Shown: positions 63,313-64,000 of the stretch, in pieces
How positions within the stretch are numbered: position 1 is the first letter of the stretch
Layout of the letters: each line of letters begins with the position of its first letter
Virus record (IMG/VR): IMGVR_UViG_2675903055_000001
Coordinates: 1 to 64,000 of that record
From: a virus
Lineage: Duplodnaviria; Caudoviricetes
DNA length: 64,000 nucleotides
Direction: 5' to 3' (one strand)
The notes under the pieces: generated by a model
Told to the model about the DNA's origin: nothing
The model's database searches: none
What the model saw: the letters and a program-made list of their open reading frames with translations, nothing else
Position numbers and translations under genes: made by a program

Positions 63313-64000
63313 TCAGGAGAAGAGGGCGAGTTGTTCGCGCTCGGCGCCCTGCGGAAGCACGACGGGGACCGGGTCCGCCTCCGCGCCCGGCCCGCTGCCG
63401 TCGTCGGCTGGGGTGTCGGTGCCGCCGTCCGTGCCGAGGTTGACGATGCGGGCCTGGGCAGGGCGCAGCCGCGCGTACTCGGCGCGGCTGACCTTCCCCG
63501 CGAGGAGACTGTCGCCGACGCTGATGCGAGGCATCGGCCGGTGCGGTATCGCGTCCAGGCGCAGCGGCCCGGGTAGGGCGCCGGCCTCGTGGAGTAGGTG
63601 GGCGAGGTAGACGGTGACGCGGAGTCGGCACACGGCCTCGGTGACCGGGTCGAGTTCCATGCCGTCGACGCCGGCGAGGATGCGGCGGGCCGCCGCGGCC
63701 GGGGGTATGGGTGTCCAGCCGGTGACGCCGTCCATGTGCATCTGCCGCGGGGCGAGTTGGCCGGTGGTGTACAGCTCCCAGAGCATGTCGATGGCGCGGA
63801 TGAGGAAGTGGCCGGTTCCGCAGGTGGGGTCGATCAGGCGCAGCGTCTCGTTGCGGAACTCCGCGGCGGCGGGGATGAGGGTGCGGTCGAGGATGCCGTC
63901 GGCGAGCCACCAGGGGGATTGGGCGAGGGCGTGGGCGAGGCGGCGTTCGTCGGTGACGAGTTGGAGGAGGTCGCCGAGGATCCAGCCGGTGATCGTGCCC
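63313..64000 (-). CDS. N6-adenine DNA methyltransferase-like protein (5' end outside window); no NPPY-type motif downstream of motif I
   Basis: Open frame from window edge: ...LIDPTCGTGHFL...VDGMELD...VGDSL. Confidence 0.75.
   Translation of the reverse strand, partial: GTITGWILGDLLQLVTDERRLAHALAQSPWWLADGILDRTLIPAAAEFRNETLRLIDPTCGTGHFLIRAIDMLWELYTTGQLAPRQMHMDGVTGWTPIPPAAAARRILAGVDGMELDPVTEAVCRLRVTVYLAHLLHEAGALPGPLRLDAIPHRPMPRISVGDSLLAGKVSRAEYARLRPAQARIVNLGTDGGTDTPADDGSGPGAEADPVPVVLPQGAEREQLALFS

Larger units (their letters stand above)
1..64000. mobile_element. Temperate siphovirus-like prophage (actinomycete host, probably Streptomyces); att sites not located, right end outside window
   Basis: Integrase, endolysin/holin, tape measure, tail, capsid, portal and terminase genes in canonical order; phage-type small ORFs run to the window end. 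Confidence 0.93.

Overview
The whole window reads as one large temperate siphovirus-type prophage of a high-GC actinomycete. Streptomyces is inferred from the gene families, not confirmed. It begins at the stop codon of a tyrosine integrase and continues past position 64000. Layout: integration/regulation and accessory genes (1-15 kb); lysis, tail and head/packaging genes on the minus strand (15.3-39 kb); HNH and small early-type genes (40-54 kb); a plasmid-spread-like membrane operon (54-59 kb); then small genes, a tRNA and a partial methyltransferase-like gene. The strongest signal is a phage Ro60/TROVE gene directly preceded by three tandem Y-RNA-like units. Two of these contain complete circularly permuted tRNA cloverleaves that keep Asn(GUU) and Glu(CUC) anticodon loops. 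The genome also has a Thg1-like polymerase, a PNK-type phosphatase, an RNase AS-like exonuclease and a short-variable-loop tRNA with the bldA-type UAA anticodon. Other signals are a candidate acr-aca2 operon, three hairpins sharing an identical TGCGAC loop, an 8-mer repeat cluster inside a spread-like gene, and a 15x GATC cluster upstream of the packaging genes. All family calls come from motif recognition by eye; no searches were run.
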